DNA of 64,000 bases from Methanobacteriota archaeon (GCA_963719035.1 CAVRAO010000012.1:258180-322179), one strand, 5' to 3'; shown: positions 41,000-52,241, counted from the stretch's first letter. Numbers and translations are program-made. The notes: generated from the letters alone by a model not told the origin.

Positions 41000-41671
41000 C
41001 TACAAGATGCCGTTGATGCTCTTACCGATTAATACCATACCGAATACCATCAGCAAAACAAACATCACTGTGGCATTGTTTGCCGTGAGCCAGGCCTTCC
41101 ATCCGTCCAATGTTTTAGCCGCGTTCTTTCCCAAGATGAAAAAGAGCATCACTGGTGCAGCCACGGACGTGCTGGCAATAATAACGAACACGATCAGCGC
41201 AATGATGCTCAACGTGCTGCCTAGGTCGCTTTGTGCAATGCTCAAAGCCGCAGCGAGCGTGAGCAGTAGATTCTTCGGCTTGACAGAGGAGAGGAGCAGG
41301 GCAAAACCAGCCGCCCGTATCGGTGTGACCGATTCAACAAAATTGAGCCACTTAGGCATGGTAGGCTGCTGACCGGGCTTCGGACGTCCCGTCCATTGTC
41401 GGTACGCAAGAAACAGGAGCAGCATGCCAAGCACGAATAAAATCACTGAGATTGCGACGGACGGCGCACTCCCTGGTGAGAGGTCTTGTGTTTCGGCAAG
41501 GAAAAGCGTCACGCCGCCGACGGCGGCCAGACCTACGACCCAGCCGAGGACAAATGCGAGGCTATTGCTTTTGGCGCGCCTCGAAAGAAGCATAAGGATT
41601 ACAGTGATGATAGCGATTGGGCTAATTACGACGCCAATCGCGAGCGGTAGGACATCACCAATCAAGCTCAT
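41000..41671 (-). CDS. GAP (SfLAP/DUF2910) family membrane protein
   Basis: LPLAIGVVISP...KPKNL...WLTANNATVM. Confidence 0.85.
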   Translation of the reverse strand: MSLIGDVLPLAIGVVISPIAIITVILMLLSRRAKSNSLAFVLGWVVGLAAVGGVTLFLAETQDLSPGSAPSVAISVILFVLGMLLLFLAYRQWTGRPKPGQQPTMPKWLNFVESVTPIRAAGFALLLSSVKPKNLLLTLAAALSIAQSDLGSTLSIIALIVFVIIASTSVAAPVMLFFILGKNAAKTLDGWKAWLTANNATVMFVLLMVFGMVLIGKSINGIL

Positions 41672-41903
41672 ATCACGCTTCTCCTGAGGAGCCAAAGAAG
41701 ATACTGCCTGTACGAAGCGCCTGTGATATAAAAAGATCGATGCGACGCGTTAATCTGGAGCCCTCGCTCGCATTAGGCGCGAACTTAAAATCGTCTTGCC
41801 GCCTGTTTGTAGGACTGAATTGGCGTCTCGAGAATTCTTCCTGTTCACCACGAAGCTGCAAAAGAGTAATACAATAGGTCGACGTTCTGGTGTATCGATC
41901 GTA

Positions 41904-42371
41904 ATGAAGGCGTTACTGCTCTTGGGATGTCCCGAGGTTCCTGTACAAACCGGCCTCGCGCTATACATCGGGAATGCTTTGAAAGCGCAGGGGTTTGAGG
42001 TGATTTGTGCGGGAACGCCGAGCGCTGTCAACTTGATGAAAGTCGCCGACCCCAAGAAAGCGTACATCGAATCGTACAAGAACATCGACAAGTGCATTGA
42101 TCAACTTGCCGAGGGGACGTTCGACGTTGACCTCAGCTTTGGCTTTATCCACAAGGACTCGGGCGTACAGTATCTTGGGACGGTTGCGGCGCTGTCACGG
42201 AGCACTCCTGTTGCCATTGTTTTTGGAAGGGAGGCAGAGCCGCTCAGCAAAGAGGTCAGCGAATCGGTTGACGGCGTGCAGGTCATATGGGAAACGGCCG
42301 TCCATAATCCGCTCCCCCTTAAGAAGAAGCTTGACAAGATAACTAAATGGGCCACTCTTGTAAAGGGTTAG
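41904..42371 (+). CDS. DUF1890 family protein
   Basis: MKALLLLGCPEVPVQT...GTPSA..L..VADP...AVHNPLPL. Confidence 0.85.
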   Translation: MKALLLLGCPEVPVQTGLALYIGNALKAQGFEVICAGTPSAVNLMKVADPKKAYIESYKNIDKCIDQLAEGTFDVDLSFGFIHKDSGVQYLGTVAALSRSTPVAIVFGREAEPLSKEVSESVDGVQVIWETAVHNPLPLKKKLDKITKWATLVKG

Positions 42372-42446
42372 CGCTTCACATGAAACGGCCGCATTGCGAG
42401 TGCGGGACCTTCAACTGGGGTTACCGTTCGTACCGGAGGGAAGATA

Positions 42447-43553
42447 ATGGCAAGCACGGTATATTTTGCACGCGTGAAGGCCGGAAGCAAGGACGAAAGT
42501 GCGATCGCTCGCGTGCGACAGCTCTTTCAAGCGGCGCAATTTGACACGCTGATCGAAGCTGACGCCCTCACCGCAATAAAGCTGCACGTCGGCGAACGCG
42601 GCAATGATTCACATCTTCATCCTGGGCACGTCCGGCAAGTCGTCGAGCTGGTACAAGCGAGCGGCGGCAGGCCGTTCGTGACCGACACAAATACGCTCTA
42701 TTCGGGAAGTCGACACGACGCGGTCGACCACCTCGCGACAGCCCTTGAGCACGGGTTTGATTACGCGGTCTTAGGGGCGCCGCTCATCATTTCTGACGGG
42801 CTTGTAAGCGACCACTACCGGGACGTGCGAATCGACAAGAAACACTTTGACACGGTCAAAATTGCGGGCGACATCGTCGCGGCCCCAAATATGATCGTCA
42901 TGTCACACTTCAAAGCTCACGCAATGGCCGGATTCGGAGGAGCGATAAAGAACCTGGCGATGGGATGCGCTCCGAGCGCTGGGAAGGCGGACCAACACAA
43001 AGGCATGAAGCCGATCGTCGACGTGCAAAAGTGCTCAGCGTGCGGGGTGTGCGCGGGGGTGTGCCCACGCTCTGCCATCACGATTGAAGGTGGTGCATCG
43101 CTTATTAATTACGACCGCTGCGTTGGGTGCGGCGAGTGTATGGCGATGTGCGAGACCTCCTCTATCTCATATGACTGGGAACACGATCTTCAACGGTTTG
43201 TAGAGATGCTGACCGAATACGCCTTTGGCGCGACAGCGGGCAAGCGCGGCGTTGGGTACCTTAATTTCCTTCTGCAGATCACGCCCGATTGCGATTGTGT
43301 TCCTTGGAGTGACGCGCCCATCGTCCCAGACATAGGGATTCTTGCCTCCGCTGACCCTGTCGCCATAGATGCAGCGAGCGTGGATCTAGTGAATGGGCAA
43401 CAGGGCATACCAGGCACGCGTCTTGTCAACAATCTGGAACCTGGCGAGGACAAGTTCAAAGGCGTCTGGAGCCAGACTCAAGGCTCGATACAAATAACGT
43501 ATGGAGAGGAGATAGGGCTAGGAACAGGCTCTTATGAGCTCGTCGAATTGTAA
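42447..43553 (+). CDS. DUF362 domain Fe-S protein
   Basis: KLHVGERGN, SHFKAH..AGFGGAIKNL, two CxxCxxCxxxC motifs, TPDCDC, SADPVAID. Confidence 0.9.
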   Translation: MASTVYFARVKAGSKDESAIARVRQLFQAAQFDTLIEADALTAIKLHVGERGNDSHLHPGHVRQVVELVQASGGRPFVTDTNTLYSGSRHDAVDHLATALEHGFDYAVLGAPLIISDGLVSDHYRDVRIDKKHFDTVKIAGDIVAAPNMIVMSHFKAHAMAGFGGAIKNLAMGCAPSAGKADQHKGMKPIVDVQKCSACGVCAGVCPRSAITIEGGASLINYDRCVGCGECMAMCETSSISYDWEHDLQRFVEMLTEYAFGATAGKRGVGYLNFLLQITPDCDCVPWSDAPIVPDIGILASADPVAIDAASVDLVNGQQGIPGTRLVNNLEPGEDKFKGVWSQTQGSIQITYGEEIGLGTGSYELVEL

Positions 43554-43992
43554 TCGCCATAATCTGCGACATACGCCGCTGTTCTCCAAACTTGCCGTCC
43601 CACGAGATATTCGTTTCTGGCTAAGGAAACTAGTTTTCCCTCTTATTGTCTCCGAAAACTCCTAAAACTATCGAAATTCCGGCGAGCAGGGAAAAAAAAT
43701 CGAAAAAATACCCTCAAAGTATGAAAAATGAGTTTTTCCCGACTCCTTTTTCGCGGCTAATGGGCTTTAGAACGTAAAAATTCCTTGTTTGGTCTCTTTT
43801 TTTAAAATAAGAGAGTCAATAGCTACGTCTTGAGAGATGTAAGTGTACCACGTCTGTTTTTGCATACTCGGGAATGTGATCCCGCGAAAAAATCAGAAAC
43901 CGTGAATCAACTGACAAAACTCGGGCGCTTCAAACTATTTCTAGGGAAAGAGAGAAGTCCTTTCATACGAACTTGCGTGGGGAGGTGGTTCG

Positions 43993-44289
43993 ATGCCCAC
44001 GTACATCCTTTTGTCCAAGCTCACCACTGAAGGCAGGAAGACGATACGAGAGCGACCCAATCGCATAGAGGAAGTCGATCGAGAGATGGAAGCGATGCAA
44101 GTCAAAGTCATATCTCAACACGCCGTCATAGGGCTATACGACTTTGTGAACATCGTTGAAGCGCCTGACAACGAAACCATTGTGAAGGCCTCGGTAGAGC
44201 TCGGGGCGCGCGGCACAGTTCAAATAATGAGCATGCCTGCGATACCGATCGACGAATTTATCAAAGCAATAAAGCGGAAGCAACTTTAG
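43993..44289 (+). CDS. GYD domain protein
   Basis: MPTYILLSKLT..G...GLYDFVNIVEAPD. Confidence 0.88.
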   Translation: MPTYILLSKLTTEGRKTIRERPNRIEEVDREMEAMQVKVISQHAVIGLYDFVNIVEAPDNETIVKASVELGARGTVQIMSMPAIPIDEFIKAIKRKQL

Positions 44290-44456
44290 GTCCAATACTA
44301 CGGCTTGAGCTCAATTTGAGCTCGCTTATCACGTTCCGTCGTGAATGAAGCGACCGAGCACAGCACGGAGCTTGCGGTTAAGACGCTAACGGTTGGTTGA
44401 GGAATCTACTGGACCCAAATAGAGCTTCAGTTCGTTATGCGATCGCGCAGCACGTC

Positions 44457-44891
44457 TTAGGTCTGGTTTCTGGACTCTAACGTGTCAGTTATCATGCGAA
44501 GGATGATGTCCGGGACCTCTCGATTGCGCCAGTTCATCTCCTTCACTTTATCGAGTTCGACCCATTTAGCACCGGTAACGCCCTGTCCAACGGTTGGAAA
44601 CCCGCTTACATACTCCGCTTCGTAGCAAATGAGCAGTACTTGCTCGTCCCACTCCGTGTTTGGGTCATAGGACACGTACGCTTTTACCTGACGAGAAACG
44701 GCGACCTTCACCTGTGTCTCTTCGAAGCACTCACGAGCAGCGCAGTCTTCCAAGGATTCGCCCAGCTCCAGTTTGCCTCCGGGGAGTATCCATCGCCCGG
44801 CCCAATAGCCGTTTGCTTGTTCTACCATTAGGACGAGGTTGCTCCTAATGGTGCACGCCAAGCAGCTCGTCACGTACTTGCCACTCATCAT
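44457..44891 (-). CDS. NUDIX hydrolase
   Basis: GGKLELGESLEDCAARECFEET Nudix box. Confidence 0.92.
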   Translation of the reverse strand: MMSGKYVTSCLACTIRSNLVLMVEQANGYWAGRWILPGGKLELGESLEDCAARECFEETQVKVAVSRQVKAYVSYDPNTEWDEQVLLICYEAEYVSGFPTVGQGVTGAKWVELDKVKEMNWRNREVPDIILRMITDTLESRNQT

Positions 44892-45051
44892 TCACAGTGA
44901 GTTAGAAGATGTTTATTAAGGTAAGCACATGTAGCCGGCGGGTGCAGCGACCACGATCCCGTCGAAGCTTCAAGACACCGTAAGCGAGAATCGGGTACAT
45001 GTCGATGGATATATATTCTTAATTAGAACTACATCCTAGATTGCATTAACG

Positions 45052-45297
45052 ATGAGTGTGGAAGAGATCGAAGTTGAAGAGGCGGTTGCCGCTTATATCA
45101 AGGAGCAACGGAAAGATTTCAGAGTGACGACGACGTGTTCAGGCGCTCTGATTTTGCCTATTACCATCAGCCCCCCTAAAGAGACAGATGTCTCAATACG
45201 CATCGGCGAGAACACGCTGTACGTTTCTATCTATCAAGCGCGCTGGCTAAAGCGGATCGACCGACGAATGCTCTATTATCTTGCTTTGAAGGAATAG
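45052..45297 (+). CDS. conserved hypothetical protein
   Basis: DFRVTTTCSGALILPITISPPKETD pattern; plausible codon usage. Confidence 0.65.
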   Translation: MSVEEIEVEEAVAAYIKEQRKDFRVTTTCSGALILPITISPPKETDVSIRIGENTLYVSIYQARWLKRIDRRMLYYLALKE

Positions 45298-45346
45298 ATG
45301 GGCGCTCTCCGACCACGTCGCGTTTTTTATTGTCGTTTTTCAAGCG

Positions 45347-46571
45347 CTACAGGCCAATGCCCTCAGTGGTGTGGACAGCACGCCGCATCTCTTCTTGTAG
45401 CGCAGGTGGTACTCCTTTGATTTCCACGTCCAGGAAGCCACGCACGATAGCGGAGGTGGCCTCATCTTCGCTGAGCCCGCGCGTCATGAGGTAGGTAATC
45501 TCTTCTTCAGCGATTCTCCCGACTGCGGCTTCGTGGGACATATCGACATCTGGAACGGCTCCATCGAGTTCAGGGACGGCAAAAATTCTGCCGTGGTCAC
45601 CGAGCATAAGTCCGCGGCATTCGAGATGTCCCTTGACGTCACGGTGGAGCGCGGTAAGGTTTCCGCGCGAGATGATCTCGCCGCCGTTTGTGATCGTCCG
45701 CGATATCACGTCTGCCTTGCATTGCTCAGCTTCCAAGATGACTCGCGCCCCGACGTCCATACGTGAGCCCTCCGTTGCGTATAGCAGTGAGTACCGATGA
45801 AGCGGTGGCGTTTTCACCGACGCAACGGAGCGTTGGGTACATTTGCAAGCTCTGAACGGGCTTCAAGCAGACGTAATTGTTGATAAACGTGGCATCCTTT
45901 TCGATGATGGCGCCGCTCCGCGGGCGAACGGCGACTTCCGGGCCCCAGTTATGAATCATCGAAAAGGAGCATTTCGCGCCCTCCTTGATGAAGAACTCAG
46001 AAACTCCGACGTGAATTCCGTGGGAGAGCTCGTCTGCGGTTCTGCAGCCCGATATTATGTGCATTTCCGAGCCCTCCTCAGCAATGATGATGTTGTGTAC
46101 GTTTTGTGACAGGCTCTCTTGGGCCAGGAACATGCACGCCTGAATTGGCAGGATAGTCTTCGCGCCCGCCTTTGCCCTTATGAAGTAGCCGTTGCTGAAA
46201 TTAAGAGCGGCTTGGGCGGTGTACTTGTCAGCGTCAACCGCGACAGTTTTCCACCAATAGTCCTTGAGCCAGTCATACTTGTCGAGCGCTTCGGTCACGC
46301 TGAGCACTTCGACGTTCTGTGCCGAGGCCTTCGAGTAGACGACGCTTGTATCGAGCTGGAAAAACGAGCCCGATCGCTCATCCTCCTTTGCATCTATTCC
46401 AACGCCAAGCGACTGGCTCTGGTAATTGGAGGGCAGCGTCTTAAGCGTCTGGACTTTCTTATGGGCCGGGGCGTTCGACGTGTAACTCTCGAGTGGTATG
46501 TCGGGCCCGAACGCCGCCTTCTTCCCACGGGCCTTTTCGGCACGTTCGGTTAACTCGTCTACCTTTGACAT
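45347..46571 (-). CDS. sufB: SufB/SufD family Fe-S scaffold (SmsB-type); +1 frameshift at ~45795
   Basis: QNVHNIIIAEEG...ISGC, GHLECRGL, PEL...SHEAAVG, YLMTRGL...IVRGF. Confidence 0.92.
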
Positions 46572-47296
46572 TTTACACACTCCTCATAACCGAGATCGCA
46601 GATATCTGTAAGGAGTTCACCCGGGTTGCCGGAACACGCGATCTGACCGTCAACGAGAACGTGCGCCCTATCAGCCTTCACGATCTTCAAAATGCCGCCG
46701 GCGTGTGTAATGATGAGTCCCGCTTTACGTCGCTTGCGCGAGCGCTTGTCTCTGTCGAGCAGCTTGTTGATCGTCTCTCCAACGAGCTCGATATTCTCGA
46801 GATCGACGCCGGAATCTGGTTCGTCAAGCAGCACGAGGTCGGGGTTTTGCGCGAGGAGCTGCAACAGCTCGGTGCGCTTCACCTCTCCACCTGAGAAACC
46901 AAAATTGACATCCCGAGTGAGAAAATCCGGCGGGATATTGATAGTTTCAGCGACTTCTTCGGTATTGAAAGTCTGTTTGCCATGGTGTGCGGCTATGTCG
47001 ACTAAATCCTTGAGCTTCACCCCATGAATGGCCGGCGGGTGTTGAAACGAGATCCCGATACCAAGACGCGCCCGCTCGTTTACGGGCAGATGGGTGATGT
47101 CCTTCTTTTTGAACAGTATGCGCCCGTCCGTGACACGGTAACGGGGAAACCCCATGATTGTTAGCACGAGGGTGGTTTTTCCTGAGCCATTTTGGCCAAA
47201 AAGGGCGTGTGTCTCCCCTTCGTTAACGTTAAGGTCTAACCCCTTGAGGATAGGCTTACCGTCGACCTCTACGTGCAAGTTTTGAATATCAAGCAT
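46559..47296 (-). CDS. sufC: SufC-type ABC ATPase
   Basis: GQNGSGKT, FSGGEVKR, LLDEPDSGVD, C-terminal CVKC; adjacent to sufB. Confidence 0.92.
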   Translation of the reverse strand: MLDIQNLHVEVDGKPILKGLDLNVNEGETHALFGQNGSGKTTLVLTIMGFPRYRVTDGRILFKKKDITHLPVNERARLGIGISFQHPPAIHGVKLKDLVDIAAHHGKQTFNTEEVAETINIPPDFLTRDVNFGFSGGEVKRTELLQLLAQNPDLVLLDEPDSGVDLENIELVGETINKLLDRDKRSRKRRKAGLIITHAGGILKIVKADRAHVLVDGQIACSGNPGELLTDICDLGYEECVKCQR

Positions 47297-47343
47297 TTAC
47301 TATTCCACCTTTGTTTCAAGCTCTTCAAAAGAACAATTTTCCG

Positions 47344-48516
47344 TTACGACCCGTCTTTATGCGTGTCGTACGCGGTATTAAGCACGTCCTTAAACACTTC
47401 GCCACCATCGATAACGACCTCGGGCCAAATCGAGACGCCCGAGTGCACGGTAACAAAGTCGTTCACGACGACTCGCGGACCGATGACGGTGTTGTTTTCG
47501 AGAACGCAATGATTCCCTATCCTCGTTCCGTTGTCGACAACAGAACCCGAAATGGACGTATGTGCACCGATCTTGATGTCGTCGTACACGATACCGGAGA
47601 GCACTGATGTATCATCGGCGATATCACAGTCGGAGCCAATGGTCGTATAGGGGCTGATTAGCACGTTGTCGCCGATGACGGTGTTTGAGCCAATCACAAC
47701 CGGGCCGACGATAGCTGAGTTTGATCCGATCGACACGTCAGTTCCTATTGATGCGGGGCCGTTCAGGCGCGCGTCTTCAATCTGGAAGTGCCCGACGATT
47801 TCGGTTCCGCGCAAGTTGTCGAGCATCCACCTTGATGCCTGCCGATAAGCCGTTGCGTTTCCGATGTCGTTCCAGTGGCCGCGTGCCATCCATGCCGACA
47901 TATGCTCGCTTGAACTCAGCAGCCGCGGAAAAAGGTCCTTTGCGAAATCAAACCGTTCCTTTGGAATGTGGCTGAAGAGCTCAGGATCGCACATGTAGAT
48001 GCCCGTGCTCGCGAGGTTGCTAAATATCTCCCCGGAACTCGGCTTCTCTCTAAACCGATGTACTCGATTATTAACGTCAATGTCAAGGATTCCGTATTCG
48101 CGTGGATCGTCGATGGACATCACTCCAACTGACAGTATACTGTCATTCTTTCTGTGGAAATGATAAAACTCGCGAAGGTTAACGTCCATCACGTGGTCTC
48201 CCCCAACAACGAGAAAGGGTCCGTCGTTGAGGAGGTGCTCGGCGTTCTTGACGCTGCCAGCAGTGCCCAACTTCTTTTTTTCGCGAATGTAGTTTATCTC
48301 TACGCCGAACTTCAGGCCATCTCCAAGGTAATCTTCGATGTTCCGCCCTAGGTACCCGAAGGTGATGACGATGTCGTTGAAGCCGTTTGCTGATAGATGT
48401 TCAACGAGGTGGCCGACAGACGGTTTGTTGAGAAGGGGGATGCTCGGCTTCGGCCGTTCGAAGGTCAACGGCCTGAGCCTCGTTCCCGCACCGCCACACA
48501 TGATACACGCTCTCAT
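47344..48516 (-). CDS. NDP-sugar synthase (mannose-1-P guanylyltransferase-like)
   Basis: CGGAGTRLRPLT..RPKP, LGTAGSV, hexapeptide repeats. Confidence 0.92.
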   Translation of the reverse strand: MRACIMCGGAGTRLRPLTFERPKPSIPLLNKPSVGHLVEHLSANGFNDIVITFGYLGRNIEDYLGDGLKFGVEINYIREKKKLGTAGSVKNAEHLLNDGPFLVVGGDHVMDVNLREFYHFHRKNDSILSVGVMSIDDPREYGILDIDVNNRVHRFREKPSSGEIFSNLASTGIYMCDPELFSHIPKERFDFAKDLFPRLLSSSEHMSAWMARGHWNDIGNATAYRQASRWMLDNLRGTEIVGHFQIEDARLNGPASIGTDVSIGSNSAIVGPVVIGSNTVIGDNVLISPYTTIGSDCDIADDTSVLSGIVYDDIKIGAHTSISGSVVDNGTRIGNHCVLENNTVIGPRVVVNDFVTVHSGVSIWPEVVIDGGEVFKDVLNTAYDTHKDGS

Positions 48517-48629
48517 CAATCCTCCTCACATTCGCAGATTTGTAGCCGAGAATTCAGCCTCAGCGTGTCAACTTCATGAGAGAAATGTGTTGACCAAACT
48601 TAAAATATTGCCTTTGCGAATGGCGTCGA

Positions 48630-49121
48630 TTAAAAGATGTCGTCCTCGTAGATATTATCGAGTATGGAATCACGGGCGTCAAGCTCGTTTATCGAATCAA
48701 CGTAGCGCTCGAGGTGAACAATAAAATCCTCGAGCTTGTCGAAAGGAACGATGAAGCAATCACCCTCGCAGAAAAGGGCATCGTCTATCCAGCTTACGAT
48801 GACCGGCACGCTGTTGACGGAAAACGCTCGATCAAACTCGCCGCAGCGGGCGAGGTGTTTTCGCGCCTGTGCGCGAATGGACGAGCTTCGGAGACGCGCT
48901 TTGCCATACCGCTTAGCGTCGATGAGTAGGATCGTATCAAAGCGGTGAGCGACGACATCAATTTCGTAGCGGCTACCTGCAGCCACGAAGACCTTCCTAA
49001 AATGAGTTGAAAAGCCGGCGTACTCGAGAACGTCACGGATTTGCTCCTCAAACTCTTGCCAGGTCGGCACATAGTTCGCTTCTGCACCCTCATCATACTC
49101 GCCAAAGAGCGTAAGCAACAT
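48630..49121 (-). CDS. PD-(D/E)xK restriction endonuclease-like (Mrr-like) protein
   Basis: WQEFEE...EIDVVA...IDAKRY. Confidence 0.75.
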   Translation of the reverse strand: MLLTLFGEYDEGAEANYVPTWQEFEEQIRDVLEYAGFSTHFRKVFVAAGSRYEIDVVAHRFDTILLIDAKRYGKARLRSSSIRAQARKHLARCGEFDRAFSVNSVPVIVSWIDDALFCEGDCFIVPFDKLEDFIVHLERYVDSINELDARDSILDNIYEDDIF

Positions 49122-49124
49122 GAG

Positions 49125-49538
49125 TTACCCCGTGTCCTCCTTTTCCTCCTCAGCGTCCTCCTCTTCAATCTCCTTTGCAGCATTCCTGAGGCTCGTGGCC
49201 ATCTCTTTTTTCAAAATTGCGATCTCCTTGTCGACGTCGACCATTGGCTTTGATACGTCTTTGCGCGATTTTACCGGTTCTTTAGTCGATCGTTCGGTCG
49301 ATTGTTGCACCTCACGCGCTTGCACATCAGTTTGGCGCTCGAGGTCGGCAAGCTGTTCAACGGCTCCTTTAAGCGCTTGTTTGGTAAGTGCGAGGAGTGT
49401 GTCGCTGCCGCGAAATCGCGGATCCTCTGTTTTCAGGAGCTCATAAATAAGAAGGATCCGAAGTTCTTTAATCTCGCTCTTGAGATCGCGGACCTCTTGA
49501 ATGAGAGCGTCAATTCTGTCGTTTTTTGCCGCGGGCAT
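49125..49538 (-). CDS. hypothetical coiled-coil protein, translationally coupled to cdc6
   Basis: TAATG stop/start overlap at 49536-49540; acidic tail. Confidence 0.65.
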   Translation of the reverse strand: MPAAKNDRIDALIQEVRDLKSEIKELRILLIYELLKTEDPRFRGSDTLLALTKQALKGAVEQLADLERQTDVQAREVQQSTERSTKEPVKSRKDVSKPMVDVDKEIAILKKEMATSLRNAAKEIEEEDAEEEKEDTG

Positions 49539-50686
49539 TACGTATCCATTCCGGCAAGCACGCTGAGGACATCCTCCGGCTCGTACCTGAGATGAATCTC
49601 TCGCGTTCGTCCGCGTGTTCCTTTACCTGTAAAATCAGTGTTGATAAGTCGAATTGAATCGAGCTTAGAGACAATATCATAAAATCTCGTGTAGCCGAGG
49701 TGCGTCTCTTCGTTGAACTTCTTATAGAGCTCTCCAGCCTTTATCTTTGCCTCTTGCCCTGCGATCAGTTTAAGAAGGTCTCGCTCTTCTGTGCGCAACG
49801 AGTGTATTGAGTACGTGAGATGGACGAGGCGCGATTTTTCGTATGAGTGTACCACGTCGTCTGCAGTGACGTATCTTCGCGCGCTTATCTCCGCTCTGAG
49901 TCCTATTTTCCTCAAGAGGTCGATCCCAACCCGCAAGTCGCTTGCCTCTTCCACAAGATCAATGACCCTTTCGAGCACGTCTTCAGGAACCACGTTTGCA
50001 TAGAACCCGCGCCGCACGCGGTCTCCCAGAATGTCGCGTACCTCAGCACGGGTATAAAGCGGGAAGTATACATCCTCAGGAAGAAAAACCGACATCACAC
50101 GAGGGTCGAGTTGCTTCGACATCTCAACCGAGAGGTCGCTTGATATTGCGATGACCCCGATCTTGACCTCTGCTGACACCTCGTGAGCCCGCAGGAGTGC
50201 ATACAGGACTTTGTTGACCGTGTTCTCATAGAAGAGATAGTTGACATCATCAAGAGCGACGATGAGTACCTTCTCCTGATCGATGAGGTGTTTTGTAATC
50301 TTTGTGAAGATACGCTTGAATGAAACACCCGAATCAGGTGGTGTATATTTGAAGAGTTTCTTGTAGATCTCTGAGAATATCGCAAATCGAGTCCCGTCGA
50401 TTTGACAGTTTACGTATACTGGCACGACGCTGTCAGTGTAGTTTTCAATCTCTTCGAATACCTTCAGTACTGCCGTGGTCTTTCCTGTGCCGTGCGGCCC
50501 TGAACATAAACTGTTGATTGGACGGGCGCCCCGCAGTGCGGGACGGGCGGCGATCTTAAGAGCGCGCATCTGCGTCTCTCGATGGGAGAAGTGCTCCGGG
50601 ATGTAGTCTAATTCAAAATAGCGTTCGTCCTTGAAGAGCGTCTGATCCCACTGCAACAAATCCTTAGACGGTAATTTATGAGGCAC
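49538..50686 (-). CDS. cdc6: ORC1/Cdc6 replication initiation protein
   Basis: YIPEHFSHRE, GPHGTGKT, VALDDV, DLRVGIDLL, wHTH with GRTREI. Confidence 0.93.
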   Translation of the reverse strand: MPHKLPSKDLLQWDQTLFKDERYFELDYIPEHFSHRETQMRALKIAARPALRGARPINSLCSGPHGTGKTTAVLKVFEEIENYTDSVVPVYVNCQIDGTRFAIFSEIYKKLFKYTPPDSGVSFKRIFTKITKHLIDQEKVLIVALDDVNYLFYENTVNKVLYALLRAHEVSAEVKIGVIAISSDLSVEMSKQLDPRVMSVFLPEDVYFPLYTRAEVRDILGDRVRRGFYANVVPEDVLERVIDLVEEASDLRVGIDLLRKIGLRAEISARRYVTADDVVHSYEKSRLVHLTYSIHSLRTEERDLLKLIAGQEAKIKAGELYKKFNEETHLGYTRFYDIVSKLDSIRLINTDFTGKGTRGRTREIHLRYEPEDVLSVLAGMDT

Positions 50687-50970
50687 GCCAATCGATTAAA
50701 TGCTCAATTTGCATGCTATTTAACGTTATCCTGCCGAACGCGGGGATATCCTCTGTTCCGGGTGAATGGTGCCAATTAGGAAGCAATATGTGCGTAAAAA
50801 TTAATTTCAGTGGATTTTTGTGAACGTAAGCGGATAAAAATGACAGAGCGCCCCTTTGACTGTTCACCGAGTCTTGCAAGGGGCATTACAGGGGTGAGAT
50901 ACGATTACTTTCACGGCGCTCTTACCGTGCGCTTATCCCTTATCGGTTCGTCGGCTCACTTGGTGAATCT

Positions 50971-51102
50971 ATGGTAAGTGAGACCTTTCGTGGACTTATT
51001 GAACGTGCTGATTACTACGCAAGACAGGAGAAGTTCCGCAAACTTGACGAACGCCGTCATCGTCTAGAAAGGATAGAGTACAGCGTGCTTGTTCATTCAT
51101 AA
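50971..51102 (+). CDS. putative 43-aa small protein (not in ORF track)
   Basis: GGTGA RBS 4 nt before ATG; MVSETFRGLIERADYYARQEKFRKLDERRHRLERIEYSVLVHS*. Confidence 0.45.
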   Translation: MVSETFRGLIERADYYARQEKFRKLDERRHRLERIEYSVLVHS

Positions 51103-51131
51103 CTCTTAATTCGGGTGAGGTCGTTACGCCT

Positions 51132-52241
51132 CTAGGTCGTGCGTTTTTGCCGCACGATCCATTTTTCAGGGTGTGTTAGTTCATCAAGCGTAGGAATGTC
51201 ATTCTGAGAGCGCCAAACCCTGTTAACGAAGTCGATCCCCTGACTTGTCTCAACGTGTGAGACGAACTGCTCTCCGAGGATATATTGTTCCATCTTCATG
51301 CCAAGTCCTGTCGCGCGCTCAAAGAACCTCTCTCGCCCGCTTTTGCGCCTTCTCCGGAGGTCAAAAGCGCGCTTCATGTGATCATACGTTGCGAGCAACT
51401 CCTTGCCAATCCTGTCCATGACAAAATCCGAATAGCCCTCAATCACGCTCATCAGAGCTTGAATCTGATTTATGAGGTCTATTTGTTCACGAGAAAGAGC
51501 GGCGTGCAGGAGAGAGAATTGTCCTCGTTCGATGTAGTGACTCGCAACGGCGCGAGTCCGTGCTTGGACACCGTCTGAAGCGAGTCCCTCGTTAGTCGCT
51601 TCAAGATATCGTTTTAGGAGTTGGTTTACGTGTCCTTTAAGCCACGGCACCGACTCGAACACGACAGCGTGGGTCACCTCGTGGATAGCGATCCAGCGTC
51701 GAAAGTCATTTCCCGCAAAAGAGAGTTGGCGCTCGACTATTTCGATATTCGGTTCCACAAAATAGATTTGTCCACTTACGATCTCGCGCCCGAAAAGGCT
51801 TGGATCGTACTGACCCAGAACCTTCTTTGCAAGGTAACCAAGCAGAAGGCTAAAACCGACCGTTGAGATGACTTGATTCGACTTGTATACCCCTTTGCTT
51901 ATAAGCGAATCACCCTTACGCGTCATAAGCACCTGTTCGAGCGGCGCAAACTGATCCGCGAACGCATTGACGTTCGTCTTGATCCAATCATATCTGTCAA
52001 AGACTCGTATTTGACGGGTGCTTGGTGCGTGAAGCCCAGTTAATTCGATGATTTGTGGCATGGTCGCCTCCACAAACTCTTTATACGTCGGTAAAAGCCG
52101 TTGTTTCTCTGCGTTAGGCCATCGTTGCGCGTCGCCGACGTTTGCCGCGTTTTTCGCCACTTGCCTCCAGTCAACGGCGCCTGCGGGCGAACGTAAGAAC
52201 TGCAGACCGGAGTTTAGCACCAATCTTGGAATATCGACCAT
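51132..52241 (-). CDS. zincin-like metalloprotease (Zincin_2, F420-biosynthesis-associated type)
   Basis: KVLGQYDP, WIAIHEVTH, MSVIEGYSDFVMD, KMEQY..G..F. Confidence 0.88.
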   Translation of the reverse strand: MVDIPRLVLNSGLQFLRSPAGAVDWRQVAKNAANVGDAQRWPNAEKQRLLPTYKEFVEATMPQIIELTGLHAPSTRQIRVFDRYDWIKTNVNAFADQFAPLEQVLMTRKGDSLISKGVYKSNQVISTVGFSLLLGYLAKKVLGQYDPSLFGREIVSGQIYFVEPNIEIVERQLSFAGNDFRRWIAIHEVTHAVVFESVPWLKGHVNQLLKRYLEATNEGLASDGVQARTRAVASHYIERGQFSLLHAALSREQIDLINQIQALMSVIEGYSDFVMDRIGKELLATYDHMKRAFDLRRRRKSGRERFFERATGLGMKMEQYILGEQFVSHVETSQGIDFVNRVWRSQNDIPTLDELTHPEKWIVRQKRTT

